Positions 18,135 to 27,957 of a stretch of 64,000 bases of DNA are shown here, one piece after another (position 1 is the stretch's first letter; each line of letters opens with the position of its first letter). Both the position numbers and the translations under genes were made by a program. The stretch is from Syntrophales bacterium (GTDB lineage Bacteria; Desulfobacterota; Syntrophia; Syntrophales; UBA2185). The notes under the pieces were generated by a model. That model saw only the letters and a program-made list of their open reading frames with translations, did no database searches and was not told where the DNA came from. The DNA is taken from positions 753-64,752 of the forward strand of contig JBEKOL010000016.1 of assembly GCA_049521775.1 (NCBI GenBank), given 5' to 3'.

Positions 18135-20768
18135 TCAGATCATCTTGGCGAGCTTATCCAGGGCCTTCTTCACATTTTCGGGCTTTGGCCCTCCGGCCTG
18201 GGCCATGTCAGGCCTGCCACCACCGCTTCCCCCGATGATGGGGGCGATCTCCTTGATGATATTCCCCGCATGGTATCGGTCAGTCAGGTCTTTTGTGACC
18301 ATACAAAGGAGCATGGCTTTATCTTCCCCCTTGCTCCCTAGGAGGATGATGCCCGATTGGATTTTATCTTTAAGTCTGTCGCCCAGGTCGCGCATGGTCT
18401 TCGCGTCAGTCGCGTCCACCGCAGCGGCGAGGAAGCGTATCCCCTTTATGTCCTTGACCTTCTTGACTAGATCAGCCACGTCCTTTGCGGCAAGCTTAAC
18501 CTTCAGCGCCTCAATCTCTCTTTCCATATCTCTCTGATGCTTGAGGAGCTTCTCAACCCTTTCCACAAGTTCCAGGGGATTAGCCTTCAATAGCGATGCC
18601 GTTTTTTTCAGCTCTCCTTCGACATCATGCACGTATTTCAGCGCCTCCTTCCCCGTCACCGCCTCAATTCTCCTCACGCCTGCAGCTATGGCTGATTCAT
18701 GGATAACCTTCAGAAGACCGATGTCCCCTGTTTTCAGCACATGGGTGCCGCCACACAGCTCCATACTGACGTCGCCCATTTTGACGACCCTGACCTCTTC
18801 CCCGTATTTCTCATCAAAAACAGCCTGGGCTCCCGTTTTCATCGCCTCTTCGCGAGGAAGAATATTGGTTTGAACGGGCACATTGCTCCTGATGATTTCA
18901 TTGGCGATGGACTCAATCCTGTCCAGCTCATCCTCTCCGACCTTGGAAAAATGGGTATAGTCAAAACGGAGCCTTTCAGTATTGACCAAGGAACCCGACT
19001 GCTTGACATGATCGCCGAGGACGCTCCGTAGCGCGGCGTTCAGGATATGGGTGCCGGAATGATGAGCCTCTGTCGCCTTCCGGGAGGCAACATCCACTAT
19101 CAGGAGAACATCCACACCCGTCTTCACCGTTCCTTTCTTAAGTTTCCCGATATGCGTAATCAAATCCTCGACGGGACGTTGCGTGTCCCAAACCTCGAAA
19201 AGGAATCCTTCTCCTTCGATGGTCCCCGTATCGCCGATCTGGCCGCCCGCCTCGCCGTAAAAGGGGGTCTCTCTCACAAATATCTCCGCCTGTTCCCCTT
19301 CTCCTAACGTATCCACCAATTCATCATTCTTCATGATAGCTAAAATATTCGAATGGGCCTCTGTCACGCCTTCGTACCCGACAAATTGGGTCTTGATGCC
19401 TTTAAGGGTCAGTTTCTGATAGGTCGCTGATACGGCCTTTTCGCCGCTCCCCTTCCATGATTCCCTTGCCTTCTCTCGCTGGACTTCCATGGCCTTCTCA
19501 AATCCTTCCACATCGAGGGTGAGGCGGTCTTTCTTAACGATATCCGCCGTCAGATCGACGGGGAAGCCAAAGGTGTCATAGAGCTTGAAAACGACATCTC
19601 CGGGAACGATTGTTTCCCCCGCTTTTTTGAGCGCTGATACTTCATCGCTCAATATTTTCAGACCCGCATCGAGGGTCTCGATAAAGCGCTGTTCTTCATT
19701 GAAAATAACTTTTTTCACATATGCTTCTTTATCGATTAAATCGGCATAGACATCCTTCATCGCGTCTACAACCACAGAGGCAACCTCATGCAAGAATGGT
19801 TTATTTATGCCGAGGAGCTTGCCGTGGCGGGCGGCTCTCCGCAGGATCCTGCGCAGGACATAGCCTCTCCCCTCATTGCTGGGAAGAATCCCGTCTCCTA
19901 TCAAAAAAGTCACTGCCCGGCTATGATCGGCAATGACTCTGGTCGAAATATCGGTCTCCTCGTTTGCCCCGTATTTCTTCCCGCTTATCTTTTCCACAAA
20001 CCGTATAAGGGGCTGGAAGAAATCCGTGTCATAGTTGCTTTTCACTCCTTGAACGACCGCCGCTAGGCGCTCAAGCCCCATGCCTGTATCGATATTCGGT
20101 TTCGGCAGGGGATTGAAATTTCCCGCTTTATCACGATCGAACTGCGTGAATACATGGTTCCAGATCTCCAGATGGCGATCGCATTCGCAGAGCACGCTGC
20201 ATTCCTTCCTGCCGCAACCAACTTCCGGTCCCTGATCATAAATTATTTCCGAACAGGGACCGCATGGACCGGTTTCACCCATCATCCAAAAGTTACTGTC
20301 CATCCCCATACGGATAATCCTTTCGGCAGGAACGCCCATTTCCTTATTCCAGATCTCAAAGGCCTCATCGTCATCCTTGTATATGGTAATCCAGAGTTTC
20401 TCCTTCGGGAGCCCCATTTTAATAGTGAGAAAATCCCATCCCCAGAAAATAGATTCTTTCTTGAAATAGTCGCCAAAGGAAAAATTTCCGAGCATCTCAA
20501 AAAAAGTGTGATGGCGGGCAGTATAACCGACGTTTTCCAGGTCATTGTGCTTTCCACCGGCGCGGACGCACTTCTGGGAGCTCGTCGCCCTCGTATAACC
20601 CCGATCCTCTAAACCCAGAAAACAGTTTTTAAACTGAACCATCCCCGAATTAGTAAAAAGGAGCGTAGGATCATCTTTGGGGATAAGCGATGAACTCGGC
20701 ACGACGGTATGTCCATTCTCCTCAAAGTATTTTAAGAACCTCTCCCTGATTTCACTCCCCTTCATCAA
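18135..20768 (-). CDS. alaS: Alanine--tRNA ligase
   Basis: 877 aa. It has a canonical AlaRS N-terminus (FLKYFEENGHTVVPSSSL), the editing-domain HxxxH/CxxxH region and a C-terminal DHHA1 domain with GGGGRPDMAQAGG. Confidence 0.97.
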   Translation of the reverse strand: MMKGSEIRERFLKYFEENGHTVVPSSSLIPKDDPTLLFTNSGMVQFKNCFLGLEDRGYTRATSSQKCVRAGGKHNDLENVGYTARHHTFFEMLGNFSFGDYFKKESIFWGWDFLTIKMGLPKEKLWITIYKDDDEAFEIWNKEMGVPAERIIRMGMDSNFWMMGETGPCGPCSEIIYDQGPEVGCGRKECSVLCECDRHLEIWNHVFTQFDRDKAGNFNPLPKPNIDTGMGLERLAAVVQGVKSNYDTDFFQPLIRFVEKISGKKYGANEETDISTRVIADHSRAVTFLIGDGILPSNEGRGYVLRRILRRAARHGKLLGINKPFLHEVASVVVDAMKDVYADLIDKEAYVKKVIFNEEQRFIETLDAGLKILSDEVSALKKAGETIVPGDVVFKLYDTFGFPVDLTADIVKKDRLTLDVEGFEKAMEVQREKARESWKGSGEKAVSATYQKLTLKGIKTQFVGYEGVTEAHSNILAIMKNDELVDTLGEGEQAEIFVRETPFYGEAGGQIGDTGTIEGEGFLFEVWDTQRPVEDLITHIGKLKKGTVKTGVDVLLIVDVASRKATEAHHSGTHILNAALRSVLGDHVKQSGSLVNTERLRFDYTHFSKVGEDELDRIESIANEIIRSNVPVQTNILPREEAMKTGAQAVFDEKYGEEVRVVKMGDVSMELCGGTHVLKTGDIGLLKVIHESAIAAGVRRIEAVTGKEALKYVHDVEGELKKTASLLKANPLELVERVEKLLKHQRDMEREIEALKVKLAAKDVADLVKKVKDIKGIRFLAAAVDATDAKTMRDLGDRLKDKIQSGIILLGSKGEDKAMLLCMVTKDLTDRYHAGNIIKEIAPIIGGSGGGRPDMAQAGGPKPENVKKALDKLAKMI

Positions 20769-21246
20769 GTAAACCCTCCTTCGATCTATTCAATATGTCA
20801 AAAACCAGACCCGGCGAAAAACCCCTCCCCATCAGGCTCTGGGCTAATCTCCTTCTTTCTCTATCATCAATCTTCCTGGCGCCGTTGACCACCTTTTTTC
20901 TGATCAAAAGGATGACAGCCTTCTGCTCCGTCAGTTCTTCGCGCACCTCGGTCACAACCTGCCTGATCAGAGGCTGTGGAATTCCCTTTTCCATGAGACT
21001 TGCTTCAATCCTTCTGTCGCCAAAAAGCTTGTTCACCGCAAGATTCCGGGCCCACTGCCTGGCAAATGATTCATCATCGAGATAGTTGAGTTCCCGGAGC
21101 CTTGCTGCGACTTCGTTTACTACGGATTCGTCGAACCCTTTTTCCTTCAATTTGGCCCGTAATTCTTTTTCGCTCCTTGCCCGCATGGCAAGGAGCCGAA
21201 AGGCCCGTTGCTTTGCTTTTTCCTGAGGGGGGGCTTCCTTCGGCAT
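20752..21246 (-). CDS. recX: RecA regulator RecX
   Basis: 164 aa with a helical-repeat pattern (LLAMRARSEKELRAKL...). It lies immediately downstream of recA. Its stop overlaps the alaS start. Confidence 0.85.
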   Translation of the reverse strand: MPKEAPPQEKAKQRAFRLLAMRARSEKELRAKLKEKGFDESVVNEVAARLRELNYLDDESFARQWARNLAVNKLFGDRRIEASLMEKGIPQPLIRQVVTEVREELTEQKAVILLIRKKVVNGARKIDDRERRRLAQSLMGRGFSPGLVFDILNRSKEGLLDEGE

Positions 21247-21260
21247 GCCTTCGTCGACCC

Positions 21261-22262
21261 TTAGCCTGCGAAACCGATCTTTCCCCGAACTTCATCTTCA
21301 AGCTGTTTCAGAAGCTCCTTATTCTCTTTGAGGAAAATACGTGAATTATCCCTGCCCTGTCCGACCCTGTCGCCTTTATAGGAATACCAGGCACCACTCT
21401 TTTCGACAATGCCATTTTCTACGGCAAGATCGAGAATATCTCCCTCTCTCGAAATACCCTCTCCGAAGATGATATCGAATTCCGTTTCCCGGAATGGCGG
21501 GGCGACCTTATTCTTGACTATCTTGACCTTTGTTCGGAATCCCACGATCTCCTGCCCTATTTTAATGGATGTCATTTTCCTGATATCGAGGCGCATGGAA
21601 GAATAAAATTTGAGGGCATTGCCTCCTGTCGTGGTTTCGGGACTGCCGAAGAAAACGCCTATTTTCATCCTGATCTGGTTAATAAAGATCACCGTGGTCT
21701 TGGATTTGCTGATACTGCCTGTGAGCTTGCGGAGCGCCTGCGACATTAACCGGGCCTGGAGTCCCATCTGGGCATCCCCCATCTCTCCCTCAAGTTCCGC
21801 CTTAGGGACTAAAGCGGCTACAGAATCGATGACGAGGACATCCAATGCCCCGCTTCTCACGAGCGTCTCTGCAATCTCCAGGGCCTGCTCACCTGTATCC
21901 GGCTGGGAAATGAGGAGATCGTCCGTATTCACACCGATTCTCTTCGCATAGGCTACATCGAGGGCATGCTCTGCATCAATGAAAGCAGCGAGACCATTCT
22001 TCTTCTGAGCTTCCGCGATAATATGGAGGGCCAAGGTTGTCTTGCCGCCCGCTTCCGGACCGTATATTTCTATGACCCTCCCGCGGGGAACCCCTCCTAC
22101 GCCGAGGGCGAGGTCAAGGCTCAGTGATCCCGTCGGAATAACGGCAACATCAGATATGTGTTCACTCCCCCCTAATCTCATGATGGAACCTTTTCCAAAC
22201 TGCCTCTCGATCTGTGTGATGGCCAGATCGACTGACTTTTCTCTATCGATATCTGATCCCAT
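21261..22262 (-). CDS. recA: Recombinase RecA
   Basis: [15 protein letters not shown], the Walker A motif GPEAGGKTT, and the L1/L2 regions are present. I prefer the second ATG (22262) because GGAGGTG lies 5 nt upstream. Confidence 0.97.
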   Translation of the reverse strand: MGSDIDREKSVDLAITQIERQFGKGSIMRLGGSEHISDVAVIPTGSLSLDLALGVGGVPRGRVIEIYGPEAGGKTTLALHIIAEAQKKNGLAAFIDAEHALDVAYAKRIGVNTDDLLISQPDTGEQALEIAETLVRSGALDVLVIDSVAALVPKAELEGEMGDAQMGLQARLMSQALRKLTGSISKSKTTVIFINQIRMKIGVFFGSPETTTGGNALKFYSSMRLDIRKMTSIKIGQEIVGFRTKVKIVKNKVAPPFRETEFDIIFGEGISREGDILDLAVENGIVEKSGAWYSYKGDRVGQGRDNSRIFLKENKELLKQLEDEVRGKIGFAG

Positions 22263-22318
22263 AATCACCTCCATAAAAAATAAAAAGAAATCCTATTAGC
22301 AATCCTCAAGCCTCCTGT

Positions 22319-22900
22319 TCATTCGGGGAAAGGGAAGTAGCCCAGTTTTGTGTAAATCGCCCCCGTCGGCTTCAGATCACTTTTGAAGAGCGTGAGGCCA
22401 CTGATAGTAAAGCTCCCCGCAGTGTAGCCTTCATTCTTTTTGACAGTCTCTGCTAGTCCAACCAATCCCTTGGATTCCTTAATCCTCGCCAGGGTGAGAT
22501 GCGGCCGGAAGGGCCTCTCCTCTTTCTTGAAACCGTAATCCTGAAGCCTTGTATCGATCTCCGCCTGAAGGTTGATCAGTGCATCTGTGTCGCCATCAAT
22601 TCCCAGCCACAGAACCCGGGGCCGGTTCACGCTCGGAAATGCCCCCAGATTTCTTACGTTCAGCATCAGCGCTTTCATGGCTGCAACGTTATTTTCGACC
22701 ACATTGGAAATATTTACAATATCTGATTCATAAACATAGCCAAAAAATTTCAGCGTCAGATGGATGCCTTCCGGTCTTACCCAGCGTATATCTCCCTGGA
22801 TGGCCTTTCTTAAATGCTCCTGAATCTTGATAATCTCGTCGAATATTTCCTCGGGAGGGTCGATAGCCAGGAATGCCCTTATGGCTTTCTCATCGCTCAT
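22319..22900 (-). CDS. thpR: RNA 2',3'-cyclic phosphodiesterase (2H family, ThpR/LigT)
   Basis: It has two HxTx motifs, HLTLKF and HLTLAR. Confidence 0.85.
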   Translation of the reverse strand: MSDEKAIRAFLAIDPPEEIFDEIIKIQEHLRKAIQGDIRWVRPEGIHLTLKFFGYVYESDIVNISNVVENNVAAMKALMLNVRNLGAFPSVNRPRVLWLGIDGDTDALINLQAEIDTRLQDYGFKKEERPFRPHLTLARIKESKGLVGLAETVKKNEGYTAGSFTISGLTLFKSDLKPTGAIYTKLGYFPFPE

Positions 22901-24149
22901 GTTGAAGTTCGCCTGTAAGGTATCTTTTAAGCATCATGAGTGCCGACTGGGACATCATCGTCTTGTTTCTCCGTCGGTCCCACCGGAAGGTGTGATGCCG
23001 GCAGAAAGTTTTTGTTCCATCTGCAAGGGCAATGAAAACAGTTCCCAGCGGCTTCTCTGCCGTTCCGCCTGTGGGGCCGGCAACCCCCGTTGTTGAAAGC
23101 CCGAGATTGCATTTCCCGAGTTTTCTTACGCCCTCCGCCATAGAGACGGCAGTCTTTTCGCTTACGGCGCCGAATTCTCTCAGCACATTTTCCGGCACTC
23201 CCAGGAGGTCCACTTTACAATTATTACTGTAGGCAATGACACCTCTTTCAAGAAAGACCGAACTGCCGGACACGTCCGTAAGGCGATCGGTAATCAGGCC
23301 GCCTGTGCACGACTCGGCAACAGCAAGGTTCAGATTCTTATCCGTCAGTAGCCCGGCAACGATGCCTTCCAGGGTATCCTGATCATAGGCGAAAATATAC
23401 TGCCGAAGCCTCTCCGATACGCGACTGTCGGCAACTGTGATTCTTTCTTTCGCGTCTCTTTCCGTTGCGGCTATCGCCGTGAGGACAATCTGTATCTCCG
23501 GAAAATTCGGATAAAAACCGATATTCACCCCGAGGCTGCCGAAATCAAAATCAGCAAGAACCTGATCCACATTGGCCTCGGTGATGCCGGATAATTTGAT
23601 TGTCCTGCTTTCCACATGCCCTGAAGCGTCCGAAAATTCCTTCCTGAGGATAGGGATGATGCCGTCGGGAACCATCCTTTTCACTTCTGACGGCACACCG
23701 GGAACGATAGCTATTATCTTTCCATATTTCTTAAGAGAGTATCCCCAGGCCATTCCCACAGGATTCCTTATTGTCTCTGCCCCTTCCGGAACGTGGGCCT
23801 GCTTCTCATTGTTCGCCGTCCATTTGAGATGAAATTTTTCAAATCTGTCCCGGATATGTTTAAGGGCAGCCTGATCGGTATATATGCCCAGACCAAAAGC
23901 CCTGGCGATGGCGGAAGTTGTGATATCATCCGCCGTAGGACCTAGACCGCCGGTGACAACCACGGCGTCAGAGAGGGACATGATGTGATCAAGTCCTGTC
24001 TTTATTGCACCCTCATCATCGGGAACCGACATTATGACCGATGTCTGCCATCCCTGTGCATGCAGCTGGCGGGCAATGAAAGAAGAGTTTGTATCCTGGG
24101 TCTTGCCGCTGATCAATTCGTTGCCGATGGTCAATATACCGACTTTCAT
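22890..24149 (-). CDS. cinA: CinA-family protein (MoCF-binding domain + nicotinamide-nucleotide amidase PncC domain)
   Basis: 419 aa. The N-terminus MKVGILTIGNELISGKTQDTNS is typical, the C-terminal CinA domain has ESCTGG, and the gene has the usual position upstream of recA. Confidence 0.9.
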   Translation of the reverse strand: MKVGILTIGNELISGKTQDTNSSFIARQLHAQGWQTSVIMSVPDDEGAIKTGLDHIMSLSDAVVVTGGLGPTADDITTSAIARAFGLGIYTDQAALKHIRDRFEKFHLKWTANNEKQAHVPEGAETIRNPVGMAWGYSLKKYGKIIAIVPGVPSEVKRMVPDGIIPILRKEFSDASGHVESRTIKLSGITEANVDQVLADFDFGSLGVNIGFYPNFPEIQIVLTAIAATERDAKERITVADSRVSERLRQYIFAYDQDTLEGIVAGLLTDKNLNLAVAESCTGGLITDRLTDVSGSSVFLERGVIAYSNNCKVDLLGVPENVLREFGAVSEKTAVSMAEGVRKLGKCNLGLSTTGVAGPTGGTAEKPLGTVFIALADGTKTFCRHHTFRWDRRRNKTMMSQSALMMLKRYLTGELQHER

Positions 24150-24198
24150 ATGAACATATCTTCAATCAGAAAAACGTTCCGCCATATAACGGGAGGTT

Positions 24199-24714
24199 TT
24201 ATATGCCCCAGAATTTAATGATAAGCAAGAGGGCGATGTTGGCGTACATGCCTGCAACGACATCATCTATCACGACTCCATAGCCGCCGGGGAGTCTCCT
24301 ATGGACATAGCCCGCGGGAAATATTTTAAGAATATCGAATAACCGGAAAAGGATAAATCCGATAAACACGTGCAATACTGTGGGAACAATCAGGAACATG
24401 GCCCATTGAAAACCGACCATCTCGTCGATAACAATAAGGGGTGTGTCCTTTTCACCAAACATCCTCTCAGCCCTACCGGATACATAACATGCCAGGCAGG
24501 TGAAGGCCACTACAAATACAAAATACTGGGTCCAGGACAATCGGGACAAGGCCAGATATATCGGTATGCCGACGATCGTGCCGGCAGTCCCCGGAGCAAA
24601 AGGGACAAGCCCGCTGCCGAAACCGGTGGCAACAAACTTGATTAGTCGGTCAAACAGAAAGGCACCTCTTCTTAGATTAGATATGCGACAGGTTTGTCTT
24701 TTTCGTAGCAACAA
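24199..24714 (-). CDS. pgpA: Phosphatidylglycerophosphatase A
   Basis: ATGFGSGLVPFAPGTAGT and IVIDEMVG are PgpA signatures. Confidence 0.85.
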   Translation of the reverse strand: MLLRKRQTCRISNLRRGAFLFDRLIKFVATGFGSGLVPFAPGTAGTIVGIPIYLALSRLSWTQYFVFVVAFTCLACYVSGRAERMFGEKDTPLIVIDEMVGFQWAMFLIVPTVLHVFIGFILFRLFDILKIFPAGYVHRRLPGGYGVVIDDVVAGMYANIALLLIIKFWGI

Positions 24715-24825
24715 TACCTTCTTTTCATAACCCTGTCAACGGCATTGAAAAGCGTTTTGGCATCCTTTTCTTGACACAAAGAGGAATTTTCCCATATACT
24801 TGGCCACTATAATGTTTATGCGTGA

Positions 24826-25401
24826 GTGATGAGAATCAGGATAACAACAGAATCACTGGATAACTTGAGCCGTGAAGGCTTGGCCCTGGGCTTCTTTCTT
24901 GATGAAAGGCCCCCGAAAGGTCACTGTGGCTTCGTGGACTGGCGCCTCAACGGGATGATTTCCAGAGAGCTCGCCTATGGTCACATCGCCGCAGCGTTCA
25001 TGGAGAAAATTATGATTGCCTCCCCCCCGCGTATTCCCGCCTCTAAGATTCTGCTTCTCGGCATGGGTACATTAGCTGAACTTACTGACGATAAGCTTTA
25101 TCAGGCGGGATATCATCTGTCGGAGGCAATGGATGGCATCCTCTGTAATGATTTTGCTTTTGATCTTCCCGCCGCCGGGCGGTGCCATTTGCCTGTATCT
25201 ACAATAACAGAATCGATGATTCGCGGATGTTTTGATTTTCTGTCGAGAGACATTGAAAAATGGGCGACCTCTTCTACGACGATCCTTGCCGATGAGTCCT
25301 ATCTCGATGACGTTGTCAGCGGTTTGCATAATTTCAGGATCAACGCCAGAGACATATCCATTATCGAAATTGAAGGTTCTCCGGAGAAAACAATTATCTG
25401 A
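24826..25401 (+). CDS. Hypothetical protein (possibly peptidase-M17 N-terminal-like domain)
   Basis: 191 aa. The assignment is a weak resemblance only (KILLLGMG...). TTGACA (24771-24776), 18 nt and TATACT lie upstream, plus a perfect TATAAT at 24808-24813. The start is GTG 24826 or ATG 24829. Confidence 0.4.
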   Translation: MMRIRITTESLDNLSREGLALGFFLDERPPKGHCGFVDWRLNGMISRELAYGHIAAAFMEKIMIASPPRIPASKILLLGMGTLAELTDDKLYQAGYHLSEAMDGILCNDFAFDLPAAGRCHLPVSTITESMIRGCFDFLSRDIEKWATSSTTILADESYLDDVVSGLHNFRINARDISIIEIEGSPEKTII

Positions 25402-25487
25402 TCCCGCCTTCGCTATGAATGATAACTCCCCCCTCAAGTCCATTTCCCAATGATCTTCGTGCATTCCTTCCTTTCAAAAAAATCTTC

Positions 25488-25516
25488 TTGACAATAGAAC
25501 GATAGTTCTATTAATC
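25488..25516 (+). promoter_or_regulatory. SOS-type promoter: -35 TTGACA followed by a LexA box
   Basis: TTGACA (25488-25493), A, TAGAAC-GATA-GTTCTA (25495-25510), then TTAAT. This is the same architecture as the lexA promoter. Confidence 0.65.
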
Positions 25517-25547
25517 TGCTTCTGTGAAAAAAAACGGAGGTCATCCT

Positions 25548-26855
25548 GTGAGCGAAATCCTCTTCAGCCTTTATTCATGGCCCCAGGCCATTATCCATAT
25601 CGATGGCGACGCCTTCTTTACATCCTGCGAGGAAGCAATTCATCCGGAGCTTAAAGGGAAGCCCATTATCACAGGGGGAGAGCGGGGGATTGTCGCCTGC
25701 GCCAGCTATCCCGCAAAAAGGCTGGGGATCAAGCGCGGCGTTCCCCTCCATAAGGCAAGAGCCCTCTGCCCGGAGCTTGTTATCCTCCCATCCGACTATG
25801 AGACCTACAGCCTCTTTTCCCGGCGGATGTTCAACATCATAAGGCGCTTCACCCCCCAGGTGGAGGAATACTCCATCGACGAGGCCTTTGCAGACATCAC
25901 GGGCATGTGCAGGGCCCACCATGCATCATACAATACCATCACTATCCGGATAAAAAGCGAGATTCAACGGGAGCTGGGCATTACCATATCGGCAGGGCTG
26001 AGCCTTACCAAGGTGCTCGCCAAGGTGGCTTCCAAGCATAAGAAGCCGGATGGTTTTACCGTCATTCCAGGAAGATTGATTGCCCGGTATCTCAATGACC
26101 TGCCGGTGGAGAAGATATGGGGCATAGGCCACGCCACAGCCAGTTATCTGGAGAAAATGAAGGTCAGGACCGCCCTCGAATTTGCCAAGCTCCCGGAGCG
26201 CATCATGGAAGAACGCTTCACGAAGCCCGGGGTGGAAACATGGAGAGAACTGCGGGGCGAATCCGTATACCCTGTTTCACCGGCAGAGAAGAGCATCTAT
26301 GCCTCCATCAGCAAGACGAAGACCTTTTCACCCCCGACATCCAACCGGGAATACCTCTTCGCCCATCTCCTGAGAAATCTGGAATCCGCCTGTATCAAGG
26401 CGAGGCGTTATGCCCTGGCTCCTCGGAAGATCATCCCCTTCCTGAAGAAAAATAATTTCGATACGGCGGGCTGTGAAGCAAAGCTAACACGTCCCTCCGT
26501 GTATCCCCTGGAACTCTCCCCCCTTCTGCAGGAGCTTTTTGACCGGCTCTATGAGGAAAAGGAAAGCTACCGGTCCACAGGTATCGTCCTTGTCGACCTC
26601 GCACCCGATACCCCCGTTCAGTACTCCCTCTTTGAAGATCCGCTGAAAGCGGAGAAAATCAGGCAGCTCTATGAAGCGGCCGATCTACTGAGCGGGAAGT
26701 ACGGCAAGCACACCCTTCACCTGGGCGGCTCGCACCCCATCGAGGTATTCGGCAAAGGCAGACGGGGAGTGCCTACGGTCAGGGAACAAACCCGCATGTA
26801 CGGTGAGACAAAGCGCAAACACGTGGGACTTCCCATCCTGCACGTAAAAGCTTAG
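25548..26855 (+). CDS. dinB: Y-family translesion DNA polymerase (DinB/UmuC-like)
   Basis: HIDGDAFFTSCE and SIDEAFADIT are the catalytic acidic motifs. I prefer the GTG at 25548 because GGAGG lies 7 nt upstream. No umuD-like partner is adjacent. Confidence 0.85.
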   Translation: MSEILFSLYSWPQAIIHIDGDAFFTSCEEAIHPELKGKPIITGGERGIVACASYPAKRLGIKRGVPLHKARALCPELVILPSDYETYSLFSRRMFNIIRRFTPQVEEYSIDEAFADITGMCRAHHASYNTITIRIKSEIQRELGITISAGLSLTKVLAKVASKHKKPDGFTVIPGRLIARYLNDLPVEKIWGIGHATASYLEKMKVRTALEFAKLPERIMEERFTKPGVETWRELRGESVYPVSPAEKSIYASISKTKTFSPPTSNREYLFAHLLRNLESACIKARRYALAPRKIIPFLKKNNFDTAGCEAKLTRPSVYPLELSPLLQELFDRLYEEKESYRSTGIVLVDLAPDTPVQYSLFEDPLKAEKIRQLYEAADLLSGKYGKHTLHLGGSHPIEVFGKGRRGVPTVREQTRMYGETKRKHVGLPILHVKA

Positions 26856-26931
26856 AACAAAAGTTCCAGAACCTGCGTACCTTTTATCAGGCATCGGATG
26901 GAAATAATAAGATTGGGGTCCGCAATATGCG

Positions 26932-27675
26932 TCAGGATATTGATTGGATGGTATCTGTGTAGAATTTTATGCCGATCTCGATGCCGCGGTCGATAAAATC
27001 GGGACCGTATATTCTGCCTGTTTGTGTGCGAAAAGTTTCCCGGATGCGCTTTATCCCTTCCATGCCTCTCAGGAACCGCTTGAGGAGGGCATCCAACGAG
27101 GACTTTCTGTATTCTACCATGTCCCACAGCATTTCCGTAAAGTTGTCCGGCCCCCAGCGGAATTTGTCGGCGTCGTAGAGAGCATCGGAAAGAAACTGGG
27201 CCAGCGGGTCTTCGAATATTTCGGCGGGACGAAAAGCCTCGTGATTCCTGATGGCGCCGGCGATGGCCAGCACTTCCCTATCTGACAGATCAAAGCGTGT
27301 AAGGAACATCCCCGCTTCCCCGGCGCTCGCTTGGGCGTGATCCTTCTCCAGTCGTCTGATGTCATGAAGTACACCTGCCACATGGGCCAGAAGAACTATC
27401 CGCCGGACTTCCGACCTCTGTCGGAGAGGGGCATACTCTACCAGGGAGATAGCTCCCGCATCGATTGCGACCTTCCTGCTGTGGCCGATGCCGTGACCGA
27501 TAACGTCTTCCCGTTCACTCACAAGATTGAGGCACTGCCTGACCAGAGGAGAAGCTCCAAACAACCGTCGAGAACCCTCCATCTCTCTTCTCTTTTCCGT
27601 GTAAAACGTAGGAGACCCTGTGGAGTGGGCGATCTTCCTGGCTAGTCTCTTCGCTTCCTCAAGTTCCCTGTCCAA
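26932..27675 (-). CDS. HD-domain phosphohydrolase
   Basis: The motifs HGIGHSRKV and LLAHVAGVLHDIRR give the H...HD pattern. Confidence 0.7.
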   Translation of the reverse strand: MDRELEEAKRLARKIAHSTGSPTFYTEKRREMEGSRRLFGASPLVRQCLNLVSEREDVIGHGIGHSRKVAIDAGAISLVEYAPLRQRSEVRRIVLLAHVAGVLHDIRRLEKDHAQASAGEAGMFLTRFDLSDREVLAIAGAIRNHEAFRPAEIFEDPLAQFLSDALYDADKFRWGPDNFTEMLWDMVEYRKSSLDALLKRFLRGMEGIKRIRETFRTQTGRIYGPDFIDRGIEIGIKFYTDTIQSIS

Positions 27676-27757
27676 ACTTCACCTTTGATAGATAGCTATT
27701 CTACCTTTTCAGTTTTGGTATTTTCTTCGGTACTGACGCATCCGATTTGTAGCGTTG

Positions 27758-27955
27758 TCAATTGCCATGGGCAGGCTGCCAGTAATCGCAATCACGCGAG
27801 TTCTCATTTAACAAGTGATCGACGAAGCGGGCAAAGCGTAAACATTTCTCTTTTTCCATGGCGCCTTCCTCGCAGGCGAGGTATATACATGTCGCGCAGT
27901 TACGGCTGTCCAGACTTCCATCGAGATTTTTCATTTGTTTGAGACCTGATATCAT
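27758..27955 (-). CDS. Small Cys-rich protein (65 aa), translationally coupled to the VWA gene
   Basis: Its ATG lies 2 nt after the VWA stop (TAAccATG). It has five Cys, including CATC. No family recognised. Confidence 0.45.
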   Translation of the reverse strand: MISGLKQMKNLDGSLDSRNCATCIYLACEEGAMEKEKCLRFARFVDHLLNENSRDCDYWQPAHGN

Positions 27956-27957
27956 GG

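Noticed and set aside
22275-22318. Expected LexA box directly upstream of recA
   Set aside because: No GAAC-N4-GTTC or similar dyad is present in the 44-nt spacer. This is reported as a finding (absence) rather than a feature.
27755-27760. TGA stop of the 65-aa Cys protein as a second Sec codon
   Set aside because: The downstream frame encodes only a short basic, non-conserved-looking tail (QRYKSDASVPKKIPKLKR) ending 19 codons later. There is no hairpin at SECIS distance and no alignment argument like the one for the rhodanese.
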